Part shown: piece by piece, positions 43,733 through 53,549 of the stretch | Numbering within the stretch: position 1 is the stretch's first letter | Layout: every line of letters starts with the position of its first letter | Virus record (IMG/VR): IMGVR_UViG_3300019487_000021 | DNA length: 64,000 nucleotides | Strand: one strand, 5' to 3' | Origin: a virus | Taxonomy: Duplodnaviria; Heunggongvirae; Uroviricota; Caudoviricetes | The notes under the pieces: model-generated | What the model was told of the DNA's origin: nothing | Seen by the model: the letters and a program-made list of their open reading frames with translations, nothing else | Databases searched by the model: none | Translations under genes and position numbers: made by a program

Positions 43733-46291
43733 ATGAACCAAGCTTCCCGTCTCATCGAGAAAGTCCTTGGGCACATGTCCCACTATAAAGAAGGACATCA
43801 CAAAGGTGGTATTCTGCTCAAGGGCGATCCTGGCGTTGGCAAGACGACAGCAGTTGAGACGATCGCCTCATTACTTGGCATGAACGCTGTTGTGATTGAA
43901 GTTCCGCACATCACAGAAGAACATTTGATCAACATCCCGTTTATCGTCTTCAGTTCCGCCACAAACAGTTCCCATACCGGTGTTCAGCAAGTGACACCTG
44001 AAAACAAATTGGTATTGGCACAATCGAATCTCTACACGTTACTCACATCAACGAAATCGATGAATGATGCTCAGTACCTTGAACACATCAAACATGCACC
44101 AACATACATTCAACGCCTATTCCAACAGTTTGGGGGTACAGCGACGAAGATTCCCGATGCTTTCCATCAGGCACGACAAGCCTACTCAGTCATCTTGTTT
44201 TTAGATGAATATTACCGTCAAACATCGACGAGAATTCGTAACATTCTCCGTGGTATCCTCAACAATAAGATCGGCATGCACGACATCCCCGACAACGTGT
44301 ACATCATCTACGCATCGAACATGAAAGATCAGGGTTTGGAGCAGATTGCTCCCAATGCACAATTCACAGGAGTGAAGTACGCCACGCCACAATCAAAGGA
44401 TTGGTTTGACTGGCTTGTAGCGAAGTTTGAAAAGGACGAGCACGTACGACTCCACGATGACGTGCTTAAAACGTTCAAGAAGATTCTCAAAGACGAGCAT
44501 ATGAGCTATATTGATGTTGCAAAAGAAGTCCGTACATCACCTCGCCGCTGGGAACAATTGATACTGTACGTTAACTCTTCAATTCCTGTTCGTGATGAAG
44601 CACAAGCCCGTGCTTTGTTGACAAATGTCAAGCACAATTTTATCAACTATCAAACCGGTGAACACAGCGATCTTGCGAATAAGATTGTTGACGCTGTAGC
44701 GAAGCTGATTCAAGAAACATCAAATGTAAAAGTCGATGCAAGCAATGTACTTGAAGGCCACGAGTGGCGCAATGCTCTCAACCACCAAGTTGAACAAGCA
44801 ATGAAGCTTGGTCCTCGCCGCAAGTACATTCCTGTCGTCGCTGGTTTGCCAGGCATTGGAAAAACTGCTCAAGCTGCTGCGGTTGCAGAGAAACACAACA
44901 TGCGACTGATTGAGATCGAAGTTAGCCAGTTGAACCCGGACGATGTTATCGGACTTCCGTTGCCAGGCTCACGGTCTGACGATGATGACATTTCCGTCAA
45001 GTTCTCGGTGCCGAAGCTATACCGAGAAATCATGGGTAAGATCAAACATGCTGATGATGCCTACATTACTGAGCTGAAAAAGAAGCACGGAGCTGATGCG
45101 AACAAGTATATCAGTCAGTATCTTGATCAACGCTGGAAATATTTGATCTTCTTTGACGAAATCAACACTGTTGATGAAAAGACATTTAACTCGTTGCGTC
45201 GTGTTGTTCTCGAAAAGAACTTCGGACCATCGGGTGATGAGAAAGGTGGTCTACTCGAACTGCCAAAAGGGTCAATTGTCGTTGCCGCTATGAATCCACA
45301 AGGATTTCACACGACAGAAATGACACATCACTTCAAAGACGTTATTGATGTGGTTCCTGCAACAGCAAGTTGGCGTCAGACAAAACAGTGGCTTCAGGGC
45401 AAGAAATTCACCAACGTTTCAACTGATATTCCCACTGTTGCAATGAACGTTCTGCAAGAGTTTGTCGACAAATTTAAAACACGTGAGTCCGAATATCCAC
45501 AAGACCAACGTCCATTCCACTTGAATGTTGGTTCTCCTTTGTACATTTCTCCTCGTGAGTACACAGACGTTTATGCAACACTTGTTCGTGAACTCAACGC
45601 TGGGATCTCAAAGGTGCTGCAGGACGAAACGATTAAGGCTGACGAAATTCGCGACAAGGTTGATACTGTCATCGCTGATGCGTTGGAGGATTCGTTGAGC
45701 TTTATCTTCGACAAGCACGGTCTGGAGGAGGAAGAATTCATGCACCAGCTTCGTGCATGGGTCAGTTCACTCGATGAAAGCTTTTTGGGTGGTGTTCTGT
45801 CTAAGAAAGCAAAAACAACGCCTATGGCTCATACGCTGAAGTCATATATGGACGGTCACAACGTAACGGGCATGCCGGAAGATATTGACATCGTCAATGC
45901 AAACAACAACACGAACAACGTACAGTTCATTGAAGATGTTCGTGACATGATTGTTTCGAAACTTACCGACAAGAATGCTATCAAGAAGTATATTCTCGAC
46001 GAGAATCAACCAAAGGTAACTTTGAAAGGTGACACAATTGTCGCAGACTTGATGTCGACAGTGTCATTGTTCGAGAACTTCATTCTTGCTCTATTGTACA
46101 CACTTCACATTCACAAGTACCAGAACGACCGTGTTGCCTCCGTTGGACGTGCATTGTCACAAGCGCTATCTGAAACAGTAGGCAAATTAGTCAAGGCAGG
46201 AAAAATCGACGATGACACCCGAGATGATGTTGCGTCGTCAACTGTTCAACTCCGAAGCGACATTCACGATCTTGTCAGCTCTTTGAGGTAA
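43733..46291 (+). CDS. tandem AAA+ ATPase (MoxR-like)
   Basis: Two modules: 'GDPGVGKT'/'FLDEYYR' and 'GLPGIGKT'/'FFDEIN'. Confidence 0.85.
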   Translation: MNQASRLIEKVLGHMSHYKEGHHKGGILLKGDPGVGKTTAVETIASLLGMNAVVIEVPHITEEHLINIPFIVFSSATNSSHTGVQQVTPENKLVLAQSNLYTLLTSTKSMNDAQYLEHIKHAPTYIQRLFQQFGGTATKIPDAFHQARQAYSVILFLDEYYRQTSTRIRNILRGILNNKIGMHDIPDNVYIIYASNMKDQGLEQIAPNAQFTGVKYATPQSKDWFDWLVAKFEKDEHVRLHDDVLKTFKKILKDEHMSYIDVAKEVRTSPRRWEQLILYVNSSIPVRDEAQARALLTNVKHNFINYQTGEHSDLANKIVDAVAKLIQETSNVKVDASNVLEGHEWRNALNHQVEQAMKLGPRRKYIPVVAGLPGIGKTAQAAAVAEKHNMRLIEIEVSQLNPDDVIGLPLPGSRSDDDDISVKFSVPKLYREIMGKIKHADDAYITELKKKHGADANKYISQYLDQRWKYLIFFDEINTVDEKTFNSLRRVVLEKNFGPSGDEKGGLLELPKGSIVVAAMNPQGFHTTEMTHHFKDVIDVVPATASWRQTKQWLQGKKFTNVSTDIPTVAMNVLQEFVDKFKTRESEYPQDQRPFHLNVGSPLYISPREYTDVYATLVRELNAGISKVLQDETIKADEIRDKVDTVIADALEDSLSFIFDKHGLEEEEFMHQLRAWVSSLDESFLGGVLSKKAKTTPMAHTLKSYMDGHNVTGMPEDIDIVNANNNTNNVQFIEDVRDMIVSKLTDKNAIKKYILDENQPKVTLKGDTIVADLMSTVSLFENFILALLYTLHIHKYQNDRVASVGRALSQALSETVGKLVKAGKIDDDTRDDVASSTVQLRSDIHDLVSSLR

Positions 46292-46296
46292 GCGCC

Positions 46297-48096
46297 ATGG
46301 GACGCTTTCGTCGATTGATTCGTGAAGGACTTGAAACGAGAAAGTTTCAATCAGGACAGGTGAGATTTGCACTTACGACTCTCCATGATCCTCACATTCG
46401 TTTGATCATTGACTTAATCGCGAAAACAGCTGGTATTCAACCGAGTGAGGTCATTCAGGACATCGAAGACAAGAAGAAAGAGTTTGAAGACGTTGCCAAG
46501 GTAGCACCGCTCTTGTATGGCACGATTGAGAAGAACATCGTTGAAGACACGGTGTTCAAGCTGTTCGAGAAAACTCCGGTTCAAGTCGATCAAGCACCAA
46601 AATTCAACGTTGTGACATTTCAGAAACTGATGAGAAGTATTCGCGCAGACCACGATGAATTCCTTCCGCTTCGAAGCTTCATCGACCGTCGGACGCTAAC
46701 GGCACCAAAGATCATCTTTACGAAGGAAGGTGACACAGGCCCGTATCGCACCGTTAAAACAGCAGCGGCAACGCCGACAGGCGACTTCATTTTCTACGTT
46801 CCGTTCATGGAGAAGTTGCTGCAATATGCACATCTGAAACAGCTTACGCCTAAGGGAAGGAAGTATGTTGGAAATGGGGGTGACATTCCGAATGAATATG
46901 GTTATATTGAGTTCCTTATCATGCATGAGTTCATGCATTACAGTAACGATGACTTCTTCTACCAGAAAGTGATTCCAAACGCAAGGCAGAAGATTATCAA
47001 CTGGGTTGGTGATTTTCGTTCAAACTATCTCCTCGTGAAAAGTGGTTACGAGCAACTTCCTATCGGTCTTTACAATGACGAAATCAACTACGATCGACAA
47101 GCGCACTATATCGACATGTACCGTCTCGTTGAAGATGAGTTCAAAAAACTAAGCAAAGACCAGCAAGAGAAAGTTGGTGGTCAGTTAGACGACATGTCGG
47201 ACGACCACGAACCAGGCCAGCAGCAAGGCGAGTCAGAAGAAGTTACAGGTGAAGCTACGCCAGCAGATATTGATGAGAACGCAAAGACCATCGAACGCAA
47301 GATGGGCGAGGCGAAAGACTCTTCTGAACACGAGCGTGATGCTCCTGCCACACCTCCCAAGGCACAACCGAGCGGCTCTCCTGGAACTGGCAAGCACGAT
47401 AAACCACAAGGAATCGATTACTCAAAGATTATGCCAACGTTTAACTGGCAAACGCTGATTCGTCGATTCGTTCAATCTGCGCAGCCTCGCTCTGAAGAAA
47501 CGTATGCAAAGCCGCACCGTCGAAATGTATCGGGATTGGACATTGCTCGCCAGGTTGGCGCTTCAGCTATTAAGCCGGCAGAAAAGCCAATGGACTTTTC
47601 TGACGTGCGGCTTGGGTTTGTTATCGACTCTTCAGGGTCGATGAGTGGTGTGATTACGACCGTGATGTCAAACGTTGTCAATCTGATGAAGACGCCCGTA
47701 TTTCGACGATCACAGGTTCTGTTTTTCCGATTCAGCGGATCATATGAAGTTTACAAGATGGTATTCAGTACGAATCAAGCTGGCAAAGTGGCAACATGGA
47801 AAGATAAGCCGAAGTATGATCATAAGGCGACCGATCTGATCAATCAGCACTTTGGTGCGGGTACAGTTTTCTCGGCCAGTCTTGCAGGAGAAATTGGCGA
47901 AGCTCTTGGTGCAGGATACAACATGGTGTTCTTTCTCGACAGTGACATTCTTGCTGGTGAAAACCTAAAGAATTTCCTCGGGCTGATTAAAGCAGCTCCC
48001 AAGAACGTTTTTGTGATCTTTGATACACGGGACACGTACATTAGTTTTCGTCAAAATGCCGGTGTAACGACACCAAACATCACATATTTTCAGTAG
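46297..48096 (+). CDS. metallopeptidase-like plus vWA protein (DUF2201-like)
   Basis: 'MHEFMH' HExxH; 'IDSSGSMS' MIDAS. Confidence 0.75.
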   Translation: MGRFRRLIREGLETRKFQSGQVRFALTTLHDPHIRLIIDLIAKTAGIQPSEVIQDIEDKKKEFEDVAKVAPLLYGTIEKNIVEDTVFKLFEKTPVQVDQAPKFNVVTFQKLMRSIRADHDEFLPLRSFIDRRTLTAPKIIFTKEGDTGPYRTVKTAAATPTGDFIFYVPFMEKLLQYAHLKQLTPKGRKYVGNGGDIPNEYGYIEFLIMHEFMHYSNDDFFYQKVIPNARQKIINWVGDFRSNYLLVKSGYEQLPIGLYNDEINYDRQAHYIDMYRLVEDEFKKLSKDQQEKVGGQLDDMSDDHEPGQQQGESEEVTGEATPADIDENAKTIERKMGEAKDSSEHERDAPATPPKAQPSGSPGTGKHDKPQGIDYSKIMPTFNWQTLIRRFVQSAQPRSEETYAKPHRRNVSGLDIARQVGASAIKPAEKPMDFSDVRLGFVIDSSGSMSGVITTVMSNVVNLMKTPVFRRSQVLFFRFSGSYEVYKMVFSTNQAGKVATWKDKPKYDHKATDLINQHFGAGTVFSASLAGEIGEALGAGYNMVFFLDSDILAGENLKNFLGLIKAAPKNVFVIFDTRDTYISFRQNAGVTTPNITYFQ

Positions 48097-48135
48097 TTGA
48101 CCCAATGCAATAAATACAGGATAGTGTGCATTCTT

Positions 48136-48222
48136 GGCCGCGTGGTGTAATCGGTAGATGCGCGAGTCTCAAAAATTCGTGTCCTTACGGGCGTGTGGGT
48201 TCGAATCCCACCTCGGCCACCA
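48136..48222 (+). tRNA. trnL: tRNA-Leu(CAA)
   Basis: CGAGT-CTCAAAA-ATTCG, CCA. Confidence 0.9.
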
Positions 48223-48248
48223 GATAAACGCACTTTGTAGGAGTAAAC

Positions 48249-48470
48249 ATGTCAATTGGAAAGACGGCATCAAACAAGAACGTTCAGGCGCGTGTTCGAA
48301 TGCTTGACGGAAAGAAAGTTGTTGCTACGTTTTTTAACGGACGTGCAACTAGCGAAGGAAAGTATCTCGCTGGAATGGTTGACGATCAGCTTGTACTAGA
48401 TGCAAACGGACGTCCAGTACCATTTCACCAAATTGGTGAACTGGTGAATCTAGTAGTAAAGAAGAAGTAA
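48249..48470 (+). CDS. hypothetical protein
   Basis: AGGAG SD. Confidence 0.7.
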   Translation: MSIGKTASNKNVQARVRMLDGKKVVATFFNGRATSEGKYLAGMVDDQLVLDANGRPVPFHQIGELVNLVVKKK

Positions 48471-48727
48471 TGGAAAACGCGGAAATCGTTACGGTTAATG
48501 GTCTGCCGCTGCCAACTCGGCGCACTCGTCGTGCATTTGTCATTACAACAATGTTGTTCTGTTGGGCCGTCATCGTGTATGTTGTTGTTTGGGGCAATCC
48601 CGCAAACAGTTTACACACATCTGCTTTGGCTTGGGCGTTCGGAACATCAACAGCGACGTTATTCGCTTACGTATTCGGAGCGGTGATCGATAACTGGAAT
48701 GTGTTGCGAAACAACACAGCTAAGTAA
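48470..48727 (+). CDS. two-TM membrane protein
   Basis: Two hydrophobic segments. Confidence 0.65.
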   Translation: MENAEIVTVNGLPLPTRRTRRAFVITTMLFCWAVIVYVVVWGNPANSLHTSALAWAFGTSTATLFAYVFGAVIDNWNVLRNNTAK

Positions 48728-48811
48728 GCCCTCGTGGTGTAATCGGTAGATGCGGAAGGCTTAAACCCTTCTGCCGCAAGGCGTGCAGGTTCGAACCCTG
48801 TCGAGGGCACA
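48728..48811 (+). tRNA. trnL: tRNA-Leu(TAA)
   Basis: GAAGG-CTTAAAC-CCTTC. Confidence 0.9.
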
Positions 48812-48823
48812 GATGGAGGACGT

Positions 48824-49138
48824 ATGCTGAAGTTTACAGACGAGAACTTCCAAGCGGAAGTGTTACAATCAACCCAACCCGTCGTGATTGACTTTTGGGC
48901 TGAATGGTGTGGACCGTGCCGAATGATCGCACCTGTGTACGAACGAATCGCCGAACAATTCAAAGACAAGGCAAAATTCGGCAAAGCAAACGTTGACGAA
49001 ACCGGTCTCGGTGCTGAGTTTGACGTTCGCGGCATTCCAACGTTCGCGATCGTGAAGGACGGAAATATTGTTGATGTGCTCGTCGGAGCACAGTCCGAAG
49101 GCAAGATCAAACAGTGGTTGGAGAAGACTCTCGGGTGA
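48824..49138 (+). CDS. trxA: thioredoxin
   Basis: 'DFWAEWCGPC', 'VRGIPT'. Confidence 0.95.
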   Translation: MLKFTDENFQAEVLQSTQPVVIDFWAEWCGPCRMIAPVYERIAEQFKDKAKFGKANVDETGLGAEFDVRGIPTFAIVKDGNIVDVLVGAQSEGKIKQWLEKTLG

Positions 49139-49142
49139 TGTG

Positions 49143-49520
49143 ATGTTTATCCAACTCATGAGCGACAACCCGTTCCGTGCCTGGCGTTACATGTCAGAGG
49201 ATGAAATTGTCACCGATCTACTCACAATGCGTCTCACAAAAGAGGACAAGGAGGCGCTTGTCAAACTTGAATATGATGCTCTTGTAACTGTTCACTGGTC
49301 GTTCGGACGGTATATCAAAGAAACGTATCGCTTGAACGAACCTGATCATCCTCTTGTCGCAAAACGCTCCGCAGATGAAACGGCAGTTCGTCTGATCGAA
49401 CGGGTTTGGGCAACGATCACCAACAAAGAAATACCGATCAAGGACTCCTCAAAGGCTGTTGTGTCGGAGGAGAAAGAAGACATCCACCTCCCATTTATTG
49501 ACTTCTCGATAGACTGTTGA
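49143..49520 (+). CDS. hypothetical protein
   Basis: 'VHWSFGRYIKE.Y.L' motif. Confidence 0.6.
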   Translation: MFIQLMSDNPFRAWRYMSEDEIVTDLLTMRLTKEDKEALVKLEYDALVTVHWSFGRYIKETYRLNEPDHPLVAKRSADETAVRLIERVWATITNKEIPIKDSSKAVVSEEKEDIHLPFIDFSIDC

Positions 49521-49588
49521 CATAAAGGTTAAAGCTCTGTAAAGTCGCTTTTTTGTTGTGGGACTCAGCAATAAATAGCACCCACAAT

Positions 49589-49680
49589 GGAAGTGTGGCA
49601 GAGCGGTTGATCGCACCTGTCTTGAAAACAGGCAAGGGCTGATGAGGTCCTTCGTGGGTTCGAATCCTACCACTTCCGCA
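49589..49680 (+). tRNA. trnS: tRNA-Ser(TGA)
   Basis: CCTGT-CTTGAAA-ACAGG, long variable arm. Confidence 0.9.
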
Positions 49681-49709
49681 GAGTTGGATCTAATTTCTCG
49701 GAGATTCCG

Positions 49710-50555
49710 ATGCGTAAAGATTTGAACAAGCAGCTCTGTGAGCGCCAGCGTCGCAGATCAAGCATGAAATACAACGACTGGCGCCGCGACAAGCATTACG
49801 AAGAACACTACCGTGTGAATGATAACGACTCCGTAGAGGACTTTCATGGTGTCGCCAGTGGTCATCGCGAAAGCATGACTAAGCGCTACGGCTGGGACCG
49901 CAAGGAGTTTAACGAAAATCTTAAGCCGCTTTACGGCTTCATCCACAAGTCGGTCGGTCGCAAATGGAATGACGTTTACAGTGAGATCTGCCAAGTTTTC
50001 GACAAGCGCTCTGTCATCAATCAACACATCTTGATCCACCTCGACCAGTACGTCGAAAAGCAAATCGAAGTTCGTGCTGATGGCAAGTTGTACATCATTG
50101 ACTATCAGTATGCGTGGCGCAACGGTCTGCGTCTTCTTGAAGAAGATCGCTCGGTTGAGTACTATGTCGATCCTCGTGATGGGATCTTGAAGCGTAACAC
50201 CGTTAGTATTTCTCGGCGCGTTAGCCGCAAGCGTGAACGTGCTCGCTATGAAGCCGAACAGGCCAAAACTCATCGTGTTCTCAACAAAACCACAGAGCTG
50301 TGGAAGCTTGACGGACTTCAACGGAGCGAAAACGGTGTGTGGTTCGAGGTAAAGTTCATCGAACAGAAGCCTGTTCGTCGCTTCGAGTATTGGCAACCCA
50401 CCAGGGCAAAGCATCCGATGGCTCGTGAGATCACTGAATATCCCCTCATTCTGGACGTTCTTAAAGGGCATGTTCGTGAAAAGCGCGTTGCTGCGTCCAA
50501 GCGTCAGCTTTCCAAGAAGGAACTCAAACAACATGGTTTGACAAACGGTCAGTAA
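49710..50555 (+). CDS. basic hypothetical protein
   Basis: 'FNENLKPL..F..KSVGRKWNDVYSEI', 'YYVDPRDGIL'. Confidence 0.75.
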   Translation: MRKDLNKQLCERQRRRSSMKYNDWRRDKHYEEHYRVNDNDSVEDFHGVASGHRESMTKRYGWDRKEFNENLKPLYGFIHKSVGRKWNDVYSEICQVFDKRSVINQHILIHLDQYVEKQIEVRADGKLYIIDYQYAWRNGLRLLEEDRSVEYYVDPRDGILKRNTVSISRRVSRKRERARYEAEQAKTHRVLNKTTELWKLDGLQRSENGVWFEVKFIEQKPVRRFEYWQPTRAKHPMAREITEYPLILDVLKGHVREKRVAASKRQLSKKELKQHGLTNGQ

Positions 50556-50564
50556 CCCTGGATA

Positions 50565-51014
50565 GTGATCTCCAAGGAGAGAATCATGATTCGAGAATGG
50601 ATTGCTAGTCTAACCCGATTGTGTCATCAATATCCAGTGTGGATTGCCGTTTCGATTGTTGTTACGATAGTTTTCTCTGTGTGGACGTTCGCGATTATAG
50701 TGCAACGTCCGAAGCCGGTGAAAGAACTACCAAAGGTTGCGATTCCGATAGACGAGTATCTGCGTGCAGCACAAGACGCTTACGTGTGGGCTGATAAGGT
50801 ATGTTGGGATGGTGAAAACGGTATTCTTCTAATGCATTTCTCAGACAAGGAACCAGCTGAAGAAGCACGCGGCTGGTGGATTGTCGAAGGCAATGTGTTC
50901 TACAAATTCGGTAACGGCACACTCGGTTATTTGTCGGATGAGGAACGGACAACGCGTGTTAATAGCGTAAAGACGGATGGACTAAAGTGCAAAGACGACG
51001 GAGCGAGGCGATGA
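50565..51014 (+). CDS. membrane-anchored hypothetical protein
   Basis: Single TM segment. Confidence 0.65.
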   Translation: MISKERIMIREWIASLTRLCHQYPVWIAVSIVVTIVFSVWTFAIIVQRPKPVKELPKVAIPIDEYLRAAQDAYVWADKVCWDGENGILLMHFSDKEPAEEARGWWIVEGNVFYKFGNGTLGYLSDEERTTRVNSVKTDGLKCKDDGARR

Positions 51015-51280
51015 ACATTTTCAGCTTGGATGTCGAGCAGATTGAAAAGATTAACACCTGGGCAGAAGAACAAGATCGAATCGTTCTCGAGCGACAACGT
51101 CGGACAATGACTCCAGAAGAGTTTGACCATCTAACGATGAACGGTCAGTATCCGTACTACGGTGCAATCGGAGGTGGGCTCACATATTCGTTTACTCCAA
51201 CTGGTCTAGGAGTAGTTGTGAAAATCACCCACAATGCTACAAATGCTGTCCTTGATGCGTCTGACTATGATAACTGGTAA
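51011..51280 (+). CDS. hypothetical protein
   Basis: 'YYGAIGGGLTYSFTPTGLG'. Confidence 0.7.
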   Translation: MNIFSLDVEQIEKINTWAEEQDRIVLERQRRTMTPEEFDHLTMNGQYPYYGAIGGGLTYSFTPTGLGVVVKITHNATNAVLDASDYDNW

Positions 51281-51500
51281 ATACCCAAGACATTCAATTG
51301 GAGACGCACGAAAGGTTCTAGGACTTGCGTTGTGTTGCCAACCACCGACAGACGCGGCTGATCTTAGAGTTCGTGCTCGTGATGTTCTAAAAGACTATCC
51401 GATGCCGGAACAGATGTTGTCCGACTTTGTGATCGAACATGCTGTCGATTCATGGTTTCCGCCTGATGAACGAGGTGCGAAACTAACGGTGATTAAATGA
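51234..51500 (+). CDS. hypothetical protein
   Basis: Fills gap; start uncertain. Confidence 0.4.
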   Translation: MLQMLSLMRLTMITGKYPRHSIGDARKVLGLALCCQPPTDAADLRVRARDVLKDYPMPEQMLSDFVIEHAVDSWFPPDERGAKLTVIK

Positions 51501-51707
51501 ATGCCTCGTCTGGTGGAGTTCCAGAGGCGACGGTCCTAACATTGCCTAAGAGGTCCGATTCCTCTACGGGGCACAGAAACCCCTGCTGTGGCAATTGTCG
51601 TCACAGCTATCAAAACTGTTCAGCAGTGCTGATTCGACTTGGCTGTTGGAAAGGCCACGTTCACTGGTTTGCTATGCCATTCTGATTGCAAAGACTTTGA
51701 GCCAAAA

Positions 51708-52421
51708 ATGAACGTCGTTAATCCCTGGCCCACTCCCATCTTGATCGACGAGTGGCAAGTTCCCCACCACACGGACATTCTCGCTGATCTTGTTCAGTAT
51801 CCTACTCGTCTTGAAGATGTTGCTGCCGATCAGGTTTATCCGTCCGATTTGTTTTCAAAAGCACGTGAACATAAACTACAGAATGTGTGTGACTTTTGCA
51901 CGTATGTTGTCGAGCCATTCTTCCGGCGCGCCGCGTTGGAAATCTTCAAAGAGCAACTGGACAGCTATGATTTCCATGTTGTAGGTTGGACGGTAGGTAG
52001 CCTTGGGCCTGCAGAGCATCTTCCGCGCCAACTCCACTCACATCCGGAAGCAATCCTAAGTGCAGTGTTCTACATCTACATCCCGAAGCACGACATGGAA
52101 GGTGGTAAGTTGACGTTGTACGATCCTCGCTGGAATGCCGATCGTGGCTATCCACAGAAGATGCGACATCTATTTGCTCCTCTTGATGTAATGCCTGAGG
52201 CAGGTAAGATGGTTGCATTCCCTTCGTTCATTCATCATGCAATCGAACCGCACAGAGGGCCTCGTTTGGCAATCGCCGCTGATCTAATCATCGTTCCGGA
52301 ATACAAGCAGACGTTGGATAACTTTAATGACAAGAAGTGTCCAGAGTGTGGTGGATGGGGCGATGTTGCTGGTGGTCGCCGGTGGTGTTCTGAATGTAAT
52401 GGCACGGGAATCCAGAAATAA
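51708..52421 (+). CDS. 2OG-Fe(II) oxygenase-like protein with C-terminal Zn finger
   Basis: 'HSHPEAILSAVFYI', 'LYDPR', 'FPSFIHH', 'RLAIA'; CPECGG...CSECNG. Confidence 0.75.
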   Translation: MNVVNPWPTPILIDEWQVPHHTDILADLVQYPTRLEDVAADQVYPSDLFSKAREHKLQNVCDFCTYVVEPFFRRAALEIFKEQLDSYDFHVVGWTVGSLGPAEHLPRQLHSHPEAILSAVFYIYIPKHDMEGGKLTLYDPRWNADRGYPQKMRHLFAPLDVMPEAGKMVAFPSFIHHAIEPHRGPRLAIAADLIIVPEYKQTLDNFNDKKCPECGGWGDVAGGRRWCSECNGTGIQK

Positions 52422-52669
52422 TGTGGTGGACGATCTTTGTTCTCGACGTAAATGACGTTACATTGGAGCATCGTGTTCAGTATGATCCTCGAGACCGTCA
52501 GTTCTACGGAGCAGAGAATTTATATCGATTGTTCTCTTCATCGAAAGATTGGACAACTTTCTTGCATCGCTTGTTCATGGAACAATCGGGAACAGTTGAT
52601 TGTATAAGTAAAGAGGGTGAGAATAGCCGCATCACATGGCAAGTAGATACATCAAATATGCCCTGTTAG
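52421..52669 (+). CDS. hypothetical protein
   Basis: Coupled ORF. Confidence 0.45.
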   Translation: MWWTIFVLDVNDVTLEHRVQYDPRDRQFYGAENLYRLFSSSKDWTTFLHRLFMEQSGTVDCISKEGENSRITWQVDTSNMPC

Positions 52670-52733
52670 TTAAGTGGTATAACAGTTGATTTGTAATCAT
52701 CAGTCCGGTGTTCGATTCACCGCCGGGGCACCA
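52660..52733 (+). tRNA. trnT: tRNA-Thr(TGT)
   Basis: TT-TGT-AA loop, CCA. Confidence 0.85.
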
Positions 52734-52736
52734 ACT

Positions 52737-53012
52737 ATGACACAACCGAAAACACTAAAGGAACTTCAGAAATCCTTGCAGATTCTTGATCTGCAAGATA
52801 CACTACCTTTTGGTCGGTACAAAGACTGTAAAGTATTTGCTGTAATGGATGAAAATCCAAGTTATCTCGTATGGCTGCACGACAACACCTCATGCAAAGT
52901 TCGTGACAAGATTTACACATTAGCATGTAAACTTGCTGAAGACCGAGCTTACAGACGACGTGACGGTTGGATATGGGATGAATACTGGGATTGGGAGGAA
53001 CAACCCTGGTAG
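52737..53012 (+). CDS. hypothetical protein with 'LPFGRYK' motif
   Basis: 'PFGRYKD...V...NPSYLVWL' small domain. Confidence 0.6.
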   Translation: MTQPKTLKELQKSLQILDLQDTLPFGRYKDCKVFAVMDENPSYLVWLHDNTSCKVRDKIYTLACKLAEDRAYRRRDGWIWDEYWDWEEQPW

Positions 53013-53046
53013 TTGACTTTGACCCTCAACTCATAGATACTTTTGT

Positions 53047-53310
53047 ATGGAAGACTGGTCTATCGCTGCGCGCACGAAAGTGACGTGTTGAGGAAAGTCA
53101 GGACTGCATAGAGCAAGATGCAATGCTCTGTGGGAGGGGCCAAACTCAATGTCCCGTTTGTACCACAACATTGACTGCAGCAAGCCGAACAGGAATCGTT
53201 GACGTTGCTCGCCGAGGTTCCGGGTTGGCGCAGCTACTCGTTGGAGTAGCCAGTGGAAACGCTGAGTCGAATGATAGACTAAAACAGAATCCTGCTTACG
53301 GGTCTTCCAT
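53047..53310 (+). ncRNA. rnpB: RNase P RNA, compact
   Basis: P1 ATGGAAGAC/GTCTTCCAT; GAGGAAAGTCAGGAC and ACAGAATCCTGCTTA with compensating P4 (CAGGA/TCCTG). Confidence 0.88.
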
Positions 53311-53330
53311 AATTTTTCGGACTTAAGAGT

Positions 53331-53525
53331 ATGGCGCTTGAAACCAAGAAACTTACCATTGAGGTCGACGCTCTCGATGTAAACGCATATATTGCGTCAC
53401 TTGATATGGCGATCGCATTGTGCATGCAGAAGACAACTCATTGTCGGGCAGGTGACTACCTGTCGAAGTTTCGTCTCGAACTAATGGAAGCGTACATGGA
53501 GCAAGTCCATCCAAAGAAGGCATAA
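53331..53525 (+). CDS. hypothetical protein
   Basis: 64 aa. Confidence 0.55.
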   Translation: MALETKKLTIEVDALDVNAYIASLDMAIALCMQKTTHCRAGDYLSKFRLELMEAYMEQVHPKKA

Positions 53526-53549
53526 ATACCCCCTAAAAGTGAGGGCAAC

